A stretch of 64,000 bases of DNA, from NCBI GenBank assembly GCA_964584025.1, contig CAZOYE010000002.1:184090-248089 (forward strand). The letters are read 5' to 3'. The notes below the pieces were generated by a model that saw nothing but the letters and a program-made list of their open reading frames with translations, had not been told where the DNA came from and ran no database searches. The stretch comes from an uncultured Ignavibacteria bacterium. Its GTDB lineage: Bacteria > Zixibacteria > MSB-5A5 > CAIYYT01. Position numbers and translations under genes: made by a program. This document shows, piece by piece, positions 1-8,518 of this stretch. Position 1 is the first letter of the stretch; each line of letters opens with the position of its first letter.

Positions 1-827
1 GCTGTGACCATCACCGAATCCACGCCGGGCTGGGGATCAAGCATATACTCGCCGGTGTTGAAATTCATCGTTCCGACTGAAGCTTCGAAGTACACCTGCG
101 GTGGTGGCTGGATATCGTGAAAACCGTCAAAATCAAACTGGTAGGAATCGCAGTGAGACACCGTCACCCGCGCCGGCGGTACAGACGTGTATTCTGGACC
201 GCCACAAGTAAAGTGGGCTACTCCCCAACACAATTGCGGCGCGGTTGGCTGAGTAATAGAGAGACTGGCATTGCCATTGTAGGTCGGGGGGTAAGCAGTG
301 CCGTCATCAAACGACCACTCGCCGATAATCGGATGCACAACATTATCAACACAGAAACCGGAGGGATTGGGAGTGAGACCGATCGCGTTGATTCGGAGCC
401 GGTAACAGAGGCGCAACGATGTTGACGCCGGCAACGGCGCATTGAGAGCAAGGCCGCCGAGCGAGAGCTGGTTGGGAAGACCGCTTGGCGTGACGGCAAT
501 ACCGCCGGTCAGATCAAAATAACCCTGGGCAGCCGGCATTTCTTCCAAGACCGGGTTGATGGCCGGTTTGGTGCCAAAGGGCGTGACAAATTGAACCGGG
601 CCGACAAGGCACGTGATCTGAAAACTCAGCGACAATTCATAGAGAGGTGCATCGTTCTTGATCCAGATCTCAAGATAGTTATTGTCGCATCCAACCATGA
701 TCTCACCGGAGTGGATGATGGCATTGTTCATGCGAATGGTCACATCACCCGAACCGGTCGCCTGGGCAAACGACGCGAGCATCGCGGCAACCAGCGCAGC
801 AACGACAAACAGGCGCTTAATATTCAT
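1..827 (-). CDS. Secreted hypothetical protein, 3' (C-terminal) end truncated by the window edge. It is a paralog of the downstream 905..2260 gene.
   Basis: Reverse-strand translation from ATG (825-827, with GGAGG 8 nt upstream) gives MNIKRLFVVAALVAAMLASFAQA (signal peptide) ...YLEIWIKNDAPLYELSLSF...GFCVDNVVHP...YNGNASLSI. This aligns with the 905..2260 protein (YVDIWILNDAPLYGISVGF...GFCVDNIPHY...FNGVANNSI). It is absent from the ORF track only because it has no stop inside the window. Confidence 0.6.
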   Translation of the reverse strand, partial: MNIKRLFVVAALVAAMLASFAQATGSGDVTIRMNNAIIHSGEIMVGCDNNYLEIWIKNDAPLYELSLSFQITCLVGPVQFVTPFGTKPAINPVLEEMPAAQGYFDLTGGIAVTPSGLPNQLSLGGLALNAPLPASTSLRLCYRLRINAIGLTPNPSGFCVDNVVHPIIGEWSFDDGTAYPPTYNGNASLSITQPTAPQLCWGVAHFTCGGPEYTSVPPARVTVSHCDSYQFDFDGFHDIQPPPQVYFEASVGTMNFNTGEYMLDPQPGVDSVMVT

Positions 828-904
828 CAGAGTAGCCTCCTCCGGCATGAATCATCGAGTGAGAGCAATATACTCATAACCCAAGCATCACAAAGTCCGA
901 AATC

Positions 905-2260
905 CTAACACGGCTCCGGGCCGCCGATAAAGATGTAGTTGATCAAGTAAACAGCATCCGAGATCGACGGATAGCCGTTTCCATCGGCATCAATGCGCGA
1001 CCGGAACGGTTCGGGAATCTCACCCGCCTGGAATATCCATGGGATAATGTATACAACGTCGGAGATCGATATCAGCCCATCGTCGTTGGCATCTCCGGGC
1101 TTGAAAGCGACGATTTTCAGTTGGCTCATACACGTATCCGCCAAGCCGCTGGCATCGAGTGCCCCGAGCTGATACTCAAAGGTTGAAGTATCAGAAACGG
1201 CTGTTGCATCAACTTCAACTACGCCCAGGGACGGCGCCGACACGGAAAAGACAGGAGGGGTCCCGGAAGCTAACTCCACCGACCAGGAGTGTGAATCGCA
1301 GGCATCCGGGTCGGTAATCTGATGATGTATCTCGCGGCTTGTCCCCATCTGCACGCGCATGATCGGTTTGCAGGCTGCAATTGTCGGCGCAGAATTGGTG
1401 CGATCGATCGTTAATATGAAATCTTGGGACCCGCAAGCCCCGTCAGCGAGAAGAGAAATCGTATCAACTTGGGGGCCCGCTAAGCCGTTTGGCGGAAGCT
1501 GATAAACTCCGGTATAGGTGTTTATGAGGCCCGAGCTTGATTCGAAGTAGAACGGACAGAGGTGAAAAGCACCGAAGTCAAAGGTGAAGGTGTCGCAAAG
1601 CCCCATATTGATGGGCAATGTGGGGGTTGACGTGAACGTTGGATAACCGCACGGCAGAGTGAAGACTTCAAAGCAATACGGAGGTGCTGAGGGGTCGATA
1701 ATGCTGTTATTCGCCACTCCGTTAAACGTTGGCGAGTACTCCGCGACGTCCTTAAACATCCACTTTCCCGAGGTATAGTGGGGAATGTTGTCTACACAAA
1801 ACCCATTTATTAGATCCTGACCCCCGTCAGTTGTAATTTGTAACCTGTAGAGGTGAGAACGATACGTGTGGATACTCAGTGGCTGGTCAGCAGCTACCCC
1901 CTCTATGAAAATGCGATTCCCATCTCGGTACACTTCAAGGCTCAGGTCGAAAGCCGTTTCGTGCCCAGGACCCGGAATGATCTCCAGAATCGGCTCTTCG
2001 GGTGGCAACGAACCGTATGGCTCTACGAACATGAATGTATCTGAAGGCATACTCAGCTCGAAGCCAACGGAGATTCCATACAGCGGAGCATCATTAAGAA
2101 TCCAAATGTCTACATAGGTCCGCGAACAGCGCATCAATTTGTCATTGTACCAGCCTGAGTTCAGCTTGACCATCAATTCCCCATTGCCCGCCGCCAGCAG
2201 CCCCGAGGATAGCATCGCAAGCAATGCGACCGCACACACGAACACTTTGATCGACTTCAT
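905..2260 (-). CDS. Secreted protein with a C-terminal tandem dockerin-like (EF-hand-type) repeat pair.
   Basis: N-terminal signal peptide MKSIKVFVCAVALLAMLSSGLLAA. The C-terminus reads DANDDGLISISDVVYII...DADGNGYPSISDAVYLINYIFIGGPEPC, two D-x-[DN]-x-D-G...SISD.VY.I segments typical of dockerin Ca-binding loops. GGGAGGG RBS upstream. Confidence 0.75.
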   Translation of the reverse strand: MKSIKVFVCAVALLAMLSSGLLAAGNGELMVKLNSGWYNDKLMRCSRTYVDIWILNDAPLYGISVGFELSMPSDTFMFVEPYGSLPPEEPILEIIPGPGHETAFDLSLEVYRDGNRIFIEGVAADQPLSIHTYRSHLYRLQITTDGGQDLINGFCVDNIPHYTSGKWMFKDVAEYSPTFNGVANNSIIDPSAPPYCFEVFTLPCGYPTFTSTPTLPINMGLCDTFTFDFGAFHLCPFYFESSSGLINTYTGVYQLPPNGLAGPQVDTISLLADGACGSQDFILTIDRTNSAPTIAACKPIMRVQMGTSREIHHQITDPDACDSHSWSVELASGTPPVFSVSAPSLGVVEVDATAVSDTSTFEYQLGALDASGLADTCMSQLKIVAFKPGDANDDGLISISDVVYIIPWIFQAGEIPEPFRSRIDADGNGYPSISDAVYLINYIFIGGPEPC

Positions 2261-2606
2261 CTTTCCCTCCCGACCAGCCCATAGGGAACAGCGATCTGGT
2301 CTTTTTGCCTATAAGTATTGACACAAAAGTATACGTTTATCGCCGCATTTTGTCAAGATACGATCTGAGATGATTGGTGGTCTACAGCGCGGCTTTGGCG
2401 ATCACCCTACTGTCAAAATCTAGGAATCTCGGTGCTTCGAATCGCTGTCAAGATGCGGGTAACTATTTAGACGTTGCGCGGTATAATACGGTGCGATACA
2501 TGCAGTCAATTGCGGCGACGGGATACAGAAGATTGCTTGACACCGCCTCGCTGAATCGCAAATCTAATAGGCAAGAGATAGAAATACTGAAGAAGGAATT
2601 CCACGA

Positions 2607-4295
2607 ATGATATCGATGAGACATCGCTTGTTCCGATTAATCAGCTTCGTTCTGTGCACCGCTTTCGCCCTTTCCTCGACGATTCTGGCACAAGCCGGCG
2701 CACCGGCACTCGAGAAGCAAGTAGAAGACTACCTCAAGGCTGCCGCTTCGACATATGACTTCACCGGTGCAGCGGCGGTCGCGCAGGAAGGCAAAATCCT
2801 ATTCGCTGGTGGTTTTGGGAAAGCGGATTTTGAATCAAACCGCGCCAATACACCGAACACGCGTTTCCTTATCGGCTCAGTGACCAAGCAATTCACTGCG
2901 GTCGCGATACTTCAGTTGCAGGAGAAAGGCTTGCTATCGGTCAACGACACGATCACCAAGTACTTCCCCGACTACCCGATGAATCCCGCCAAACCAATTA
3001 CGATTCGGCATCTGTTGACGCACACCTCCGGGATCGCCAACTATACGGCGCAGCAAGCCTTTGCCGCCTGGCTGACGTCGAATCCCACACTGGAAGAACA
3101 GATTGAACTCATCGCCACGCTGCCGCCCGACTTCGAACCCGGCGCCGGTTACAGTTACAGCAACTCCGGCTACAAGCTGATGGAAGCGATCGTCGGCAAG
3201 GTCTCGGGTAAGCCGTGGGATCAGTATGTTGAGGAGAACATCCTCAAGCCGGCCGGGATGTCCGCCTCCGGTTATGACATTATGCAGGTGGAAGAGAGCT
3301 TGCGCGCGATCGGCTATTCGAGCGCCGATTCGGCTCGCAAGCGCGCCGACATGTGGCCGCCCGGTATTGCCGGTGCCGCCGGCGCCCTCCACAGCACGGC
3401 GCTGGACATGATCAAGTGGGACGATGCCCTGCGCAACGGCAAGGTGTTGCAGCCGGCCTCGATGGAGGCCATGCACACGCCTTTTCTTGAACATTACGCC
3501 TACGGCTGGGTGATCGATTCGGTTGCCAGCAGCGAACGCATCTGGCACGACGGCCAGATCGCCGGTTTTTCGGCGATGTTCTTGCGCCTGCCGACGGAGA
3601 AAATCGCGGTTGCCGTCTTGAGCAACGACGATCAGGGACCGGTGCGCCTTATGGGTCTGGCGCTTTCCGCGATCGCCCTGAACCAGCCGTACGATCTCCC
3701 GGTTAAGAAGACTCCAGTCGCTGCCACGCCGGAGAAATATCCGGATTACGTCGGCGCTTACGATCTTGGCAACGGTCAGTATCGCTTCATCACATCCGAA
3801 CGCGGCAAACTCTTCTCGCAACGCTCCGGCTCGCCGCAGTTTGAATTGCAGCAGGAAGGGGAAGACAAGTTCTTCTTCCCGATGGAGCACGCAACCACGG
3901 TGACTTTTCTTCGCGACGATTCCGGAAAGGTCGTGGCCCAGTTGATGCATCAAACCGGGCTAGATATAGAATGCAAGAAATTACCCGCTGATGAAGCTGC
4001 CAAGGTGATGCCCAAGTACGACATCGTTCAGGTCGACCCCAAGATTTATGCCGAGTATGTTGGGGAATATCAACTGGCGCCGACCTTTATCCTGACCGTG
4101 ACGGCAGAAGGCGACCAGATTTTTGCCCAGGCCACCGGCCAACCGCGATTCGAAATCTTTCCGAGTTCCGAGACAAAGTATTTCCTCAAGGTGGTTGAGG
4201 CGCAGATCGAGTTTGTGCGCGGGGCCGATGGCAAGGTTGAGCAGTTGATTCTCAATCAAGGCGGACAAGCGATGCCCGCAAAGAAGATCAAGTAA
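2607..4295 (+). CDS. Serine hydrolase of the beta-lactamase/PBP4*-like family (class C fold), with a C-terminal DUF3471-like extension.
   Basis: Signal peptide; S-x-x-K active-site motif (LIGSVTKQFTA); Y-x-N-type motif (YSYSNSGY); overall AmpC/serine-hydrolase-like sequence. Confidence 0.85.
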   Translation: MISMRHRLFRLISFVLCTAFALSSTILAQAGAPALEKQVEDYLKAAASTYDFTGAAAVAQEGKILFAGGFGKADFESNRANTPNTRFLIGSVTKQFTAVAILQLQEKGLLSVNDTITKYFPDYPMNPAKPITIRHLLTHTSGIANYTAQQAFAAWLTSNPTLEEQIELIATLPPDFEPGAGYSYSNSGYKLMEAIVGKVSGKPWDQYVEENILKPAGMSASGYDIMQVEESLRAIGYSSADSARKRADMWPPGIAGAAGALHSTALDMIKWDDALRNGKVLQPASMEAMHTPFLEHYAYGWVIDSVASSERIWHDGQIAGFSAMFLRLPTEKIAVAVLSNDDQGPVRLMGLALSAIALNQPYDLPVKKTPVAATPEKYPDYVGAYDLGNGQYRFITSERGKLFSQRSGSPQFELQQEGEDKFFFPMEHATTVTFLRDDSGKVVAQLMHQTGLDIECKKLPADEAAKVMPKYDIVQVDPKIYAEYVGEYQLAPTFILTVTAEGDQIFAQATGQPRFEIFPSSETKYFLKVVEAQIEFVRGADGKVEQLILNQGGQAMPAKKIK

Positions 4296-4303
4296 ACCGG
4301 CTC

Positions 4304-5659
4304 TCAGCGCACGCGTCGGATGAGGTTGCGAATCGTGCGTGCAGGGTTTTCGGCCGCCGGCGGATCAAAGTTGGAGAGCACGATCACGGTGTACCCGCCG
4401 TCGAGCCCGGAATCAAGCACTGCGTTGATCCCGGGAGCCCCGCCGGCCACTCCCAAATCACTTTGCGGCGTCCCGAACTTGCCGGCCGCTAGTGCCTGTG
4501 CGTATTTAAGCAAGTCATCCAGAGTTGAATATCCGCCCCCGGCGGCACTGCCGCGCGCCGGTCTCGTGTAGATATTCTTGCGCCTTGCCCCGTCGCCTGC
4601 GCCTTCCAGCGTGTATCCGTCCGCAAGGTCGCTTACCGGCATATCGGCTTCATACCAGGCAGTGTTCGTCATTCCTGCCGGGGCGAAAATCTGTTGCTCG
4701 ATGAATTCATAGTAGTCCTGTCCGCTGACCTTTTCGATGATTGCTCCGAGGAGAATGAAACCGCCATTGGAATATTCGCGATTCGTTCCCGGTTCAAAAT
4801 GCAGCTCTTCCGACGCGAACAGGGGAATGAAGTCGCGATTGTGTCGAAGACGATTCTTTGGTGTGTTGTCGAAATTCTGGCCGAAGAAATCTCCAATACC
4901 ACCCGACATTTCCAGAAGATGGCTGATTGTGACCTTGGTGGCGGCCTCCTTATTGGGATAATCCGTCAGATACTTTCCGATCGTGTCATCCAGAGACAGC
5001 TTTCCCCGTGCCGCGAGCATTTCGATGCCCAGGCGCGTAAAGCTCTTGTTGATCGAACCTAAATTGAATTTTGTGCCCGGTCGATTCGGCACTTGGTGTT
5101 CGATATTGGCGGCGCCAAATGCCCGCTGGTATACTGGTTTGAAATCCCGTGCGATCAGAACCGCTCCGGAAAATCGCTCTGCCGCCGCTTCAGCAGTCAA
5201 CAGCGAATCCGCCGCAGCCACGAGTTGTTTTTCGGTCAGCGGCGGCAGATTGGGGTCGAGCGGTTCGTCAATACTCATCATACTCAATGAAAGTAACTGG
5301 GGCGGACTCGACTGATCGTGCCGGTAAACCATCTCGAAATAGATTCCACTCTCTGCGCGCGTGACGACGGCAATCGTCGAATCGGTAATCGCTGTGACCT
5401 GCTGAAGCTGGAGATGCCCAACGTCCGCGGAAATCCGCTGCATCGTATTGAGGCGCACCTCGACAGGCCGAGTCGCCAGCGCCGCCGGCGCAATACACGT
5501 TTCGATGAACTTGCGCATCTTGGTTGAATCCCCCGAGTTTTGCGCTCGCAGGTGGTCTTCCACCAATTGCCCCGCCTTCGAGTCGGACAGAGAGAGCGAA
5601 AAGACTTTGGTCGTCGCCATCAACATCACGCAGAGAAAAACTGCCGTTTGAAACATCAT
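4304..5659 (-). CDS. Serine hydrolase of the beta-lactamase family, with an N-terminal extra domain.
   Basis: Signal peptide; S-x-x-K motif (LGSINKSFT); YSNGG motif; C-terminal portion homologous to class C beta-lactamase-fold hydrolases. Confidence 0.8.
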   Translation of the reverse strand: MMFQTAVFLCVMLMATTKVFSLSLSDSKAGQLVEDHLRAQNSGDSTKMRKFIETCIAPAALATRPVEVRLNTMQRISADVGHLQLQQVTAITDSTIAVVTRAESGIYFEMVYRHDQSSPPQLLSLSMMSIDEPLDPNLPPLTEKQLVAAADSLLTAEAAAERFSGAVLIARDFKPVYQRAFGAANIEHQVPNRPGTKFNLGSINKSFTRLGIEMLAARGKLSLDDTIGKYLTDYPNKEAATKVTISHLLEMSGGIGDFFGQNFDNTPKNRLRHNRDFIPLFASEELHFEPGTNREYSNGGFILLGAIIEKVSGQDYYEFIEQQIFAPAGMTNTAWYEADMPVSDLADGYTLEGAGDGARRKNIYTRPARGSAAGGGYSTLDDLLKYAQALAAGKFGTPQSDLGVAGGAPGINAVLDSGLDGGYTVIVLSNFDPPAAENPARTIRNLIRRVR

Positions 5660-5802
5660 TCACTTCCTCCCGCCGATCGGGGCGCTACCACACTTACTGG
5701 AATCATGTCATTGCTTACGCAATTCTATTATGTAAGTAATCGCCGCGCAAGAGGGGCACGTGCAAATTAACAGATTTTAACAGCGGAGAAGAACGGGTCG
5801 GA

Positions 5803-6705
5803 TCAATACAACCGGGCGCGCTTATTCAGATAGGCAAACAGCGCACGGTCGTAGCTGGTAGCGGTGTCGATCGGGACGTAGTCGATGTTCGACATGCGAC
5901 ACTCGCGCGCAAAGCGTTCGAGCACCTGCCCGACGACCTTTTGGTATTCCCCCTTAACCTGCCACGGCAGCGTACTCACCTGCTCGCCGGTTTCCATATC
6001 CTTGAAAATCGCCTCCAGTGGAAACGCAAAATCGCGTTCCTTCGGGTCGAGCACGTGGAAGACGATGATCTCGTGCTTCTTATGCCGAAAATGCTTGAGC
6101 CCGGCGATGATCTGATCCGGGTCGTCGATCAAGTCTGATAATATGATTACCAACCCGCGCCGCTTGATACGCTCGGCCATCTCGTGCAGTGTCGAGGAGA
6201 CATTGGTCTTTTGCGCCGGCGCAAACTGCTCCATTTCGCGCAATAGCACATGCAGGTGCGAAGCCGCCGATCTCGGCGGTACGTAGACGTTGATCTTTTC
6301 GTCGAATCCCACCAACCCGACCGCATCGCGTTGCTTCAGCATCAAGAACGACAACGCCGCCGCCAATTGCAGTGAATAAGTCAGCTTGTTGATCCGATTG
6401 TCGGCTGCGAATGCCATTGAGCGCGAGCAATCAACGAGCAGATAAGCCTTAAGATTAGTCTCTTCTTCATACTGCTTGATGTAGAACCGATCCGACTTGG
6501 CGAACACTTTCCAGTCGATATCGCGAATCGAATCCCCCGGCATATACTGCCGATGCTCGGCAAACTCCACGGAGAATCCGTGATACGGCGAGCGATGCAA
6601 CCCGGCAATAAAGCCCTCCACGACCAGTCGCGCCTTGACCTCGAGGCTCTTGAGTTTGCTCAAGACCTCCGGAGCGAGAAACTTGCTTTGTGATTGATCC
6701 GCCAT
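5803..6705 (-). CDS. DUF58 domain protein (vWA-like partner of MoxR ATPases).
   Basis: Sequence ...GFIAGLHRSPYHGFSVEFAEHRQYMPGDSIRDIDWKVFAKSDRFYIKQYEEETNL... is the canonical DUF58 core. Start moved to the internal ATG (MADQSQSKF) at 6703-6705. The ORF-track N-terminal extension to 6840 overlaps the DUF4396 gene and is Arg/Ser-rich noise. Confidence 0.8.
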   Translation of the reverse strand: MADQSQSKFLAPEVLSKLKSLEVKARLVVEGFIAGLHRSPYHGFSVEFAEHRQYMPGDSIRDIDWKVFAKSDRFYIKQYEEETNLKAYLLVDCSRSMAFAADNRINKLTYSLQLAAALSFLMLKQRDAVGLVGFDEKINVYVPPRSAASHLHVLLREMEQFAPAQKTNVSSTLHEMAERIKRRGLVIILSDLIDDPDQIIAGLKHFRHKKHEIIVFHVLDPKERDFAFPLEAIFKDMETGEQVSTLPWQVKGEYQKVVGQVLERFARECRMSNIDYVPIDTATSYDRALFAYLNKRARLY

Positions 6706-6779
6706 GATAGGGATTATACGAACAGTAAGGGCGCTCCGCCCAGAAGAATCGAGCGAAGCGCCGGAAGTTCTGTTCGAAC

Positions 6780-7274
6780 TTAGTGCGCGTGATGATGCGC
6801 ATGCACGACCGCATGACCGCGCCCGCGGGCAATTAACCACCGATTAAGCGGATAAGCAGCCAATCCCGCCAGGATCAGCGATGACACCATGCTTACCCAG
6901 AACAAACCTGACGTGGGCCCGGCACTCATTGCGCCCGGAATCACGAGCATGATCGCGTTATCGACTACTTCCATCAGGCCAATCGAGAGCGTGTCCGATG
7001 CAATCGCGAGCGAGGCCGCTGTCTTCAGTGACAATCCTGATCTCAACAGGGGCAAAAGTGTCAGTGAGTACCCGAAGAGAAAGGCCAAGAATACTGAGAG
7101 CGCAACGGTAGACCAATTACCCCATCCGAGCGCTGTGCCGATGATCATTCCGAGAACTTCACCGATGGCACAGCCGGACAGACAATGAATCGTGGCGCTG
7201 AACGCAAGCCGATTGAGAGAAACCGTCGCTGGCTGGGCGTTCGGCCGATGGTGATGCTGCCCAATGTGTTGCAT
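6780..7274 (-). CDS. DUF4396-like integral membrane protein with a His-rich C-terminal tail.
   Basis: HCLSGC motif and several TM helices; C-terminal HAVVHAHHHAH. The start may be further downstream. Confidence 0.55.
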   Translation of the reverse strand: MQHIGQHHHRPNAQPATVSLNRLAFSATIHCLSGCAIGEVLGMIIGTALGWGNWSTVALSVFLAFLFGYSLTLLPLLRSGLSLKTAASLAIASDTLSIGLMEVVDNAIMLVIPGAMSAGPTSGLFWVSMVSSLILAGLAAYPLNRWLIARGRGHAVVHAHHHAH

Positions 7275-7376
7275 GAGATAACCTCCGTAATTTTCCGGTT
7301 AAGAGCAACCGCTTCAATCAGGCTGCTACAAGCCAAGACGGTCTACTCCGCAAAGGTTACACTAATGGATTGAGAT

Positions 7377-7916
7377 TTAGTTGCGATTGCAGGTGCAATC
7401 CAGACAGCCATGTCGGGAGCAAAGCCGGCACGTCTCTTCAAGTTTTTTGCGGAGGCTCTGCCGTGCCCGGTGTCGCCTGACTTTGAGATTGTCGGGGGTA
7501 ATCCCCAGTTCCTGCGCAACAGCGGTTGGATTGCCCCCGGACAGCTCCAGCTTTTCGATAAGCTGAGCATACTCCGGTTTTAATGCGGGCAGCACATCCC
7601 GAAAGCACTCACAGAGCAGCGATTCGGCTTCGGGCGGAAGCGCAGCGGGTGGTTCCGCGGCGGATTGATTTTCGTCGTAGTAACGGGCTTCAACACCGCG
7701 ATGACGGTAGAAATCGATGATGGAGTTATTCAGCACTCGGTAGAACCACGCTTGAAGCCGTTCGTTGTCATCCGCGGGCGGAGTGGTTCGCAGTGCTTTA
7801 AGCAGCCCTTCCTGCAAGATGTCTTCCGCGATTTCCGGGTCAGAGACTCGCTTGCGGATGAATCCGAGCAGCTTTTCACGGTTCTTAAGGAGCAACTGCA
7901 GTTCCGGAGTAAGCAT
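7377..7916 (-). CDS. ECF-type RNA polymerase sigma factor with a C-terminal Cys-rich extension (CorE-like).
   Basis: Sigma-70 region 2 (ILQEGLLKALR...WFYRVLNNSIIDFYR) and region 4 (GGNPTAVAQELGITPDNLKVRRHRARQSL), plus a C-terminal CRLCSRHGCLDCTC. RBS GAAGAGG upstream of the ATG. Confidence 0.8.
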   Translation of the reverse strand: MLTPELQLLLKNREKLLGFIRKRVSDPEIAEDILQEGLLKALRTTPPADDNERLQAWFYRVLNNSIIDFYRHRGVEARYYDENQSAAEPPAALPPEAESLLCECFRDVLPALKPEYAQLIEKLELSGGNPTAVAQELGITPDNLKVRRHRARQSLRKKLEETCRLCSRHGCLDCTCNRN

Positions 7917-7950
7917 ACCTCTTCAGAAGCCGTTCTCTATCATGTTCAAG

Positions 7951-8427
7951 CTATTTCGCCCACTCCGGCATCGGGTTGTCCGGCCGTTCGTCGTCCCAGA
8001 CCATCGACACCAACCACCAGCGGCCGTCTTCCCACAGCATCTGGATGCTGTTGATTCCGCGCCCGATGACAATGTCGTCCGGATCACTCATAACGGCCTC
8101 GTACGCCGAAAACGCATGCAGGATATTGCCGAAGCGATTTTCCTGCCGATGTGTTTCCGTCTCGCGGAATCCCTTGCCGGCAAAACGCTCGCCGGCAAAG
8201 GTCACCTTGCAGCGTTCGATGAACTCATCCACCGCAGTTGATCTCGAGTCAGGCTGATCGCGCTTCGGGATCAGCAATCGCCCTTCCGAAATCCACAGCG
8301 ACCGCAGTAGTTCGAGTTGTGGTCCGCCACCTTTAGGAAATGAGATTGAGCCGTACAACGCCGCGATAATGCCATTCACGGTCGCGACATCGTTTGTATT
8401 TACCTGAATATTGTTGGGAGTCTTCAT
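7951..8427 (-). CDS. Hypothetical protein, possibly an NTF2/SnoaL-like fold.
   Basis: ORF of 158-171 aa. The weak NTF2-like impression (W-rich C-terminus) is my guess. Start ambiguous (TTG at 8466 or ATG at 8427). Confidence 0.35.
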   Translation of the reverse strand: MKTPNNIQVNTNDVATVNGIIAALYGSISFPKGGGPQLELLRSLWISEGRLLIPKRDQPDSRSTAVDEFIERCKVTFAGERFAGKGFRETETHRQENRFGNILHAFSAYEAVMSDPDDIVIGRGINSIQMLWEDGRWWLVSMVWDDERPDNPMPEWAK

Positions 8428-8518
8428 AGGTGAAGATACGAAAAATCGCCCCTTGTGTTGCCGCAAGAGTCAAATCCGCTCGGTTGTAGGTCAGGATCCC
8501 CGCGATCCTGACGCACGT

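Noticed and set aside
2934-3953. 339-aa antisense ORF inside the beta-lactamase-family gene.
   Set aside because: It is fully embedded opposite a gene with clear family motifs. Its composition is Arg/Gly/Ala-rich and typical of the antisense frame of GC-rich coding DNA, and it has no homology signal.
5268-5663. 131-aa minus-strand ORF overlapping the 5' part of the second beta-lactamase-family gene.
   Set aside because: It is an alternative frame of the same strand region. The S-x-x-K hydrolase frame carries the homology, and this frame is Ala/Gly/Arg-rich noise.
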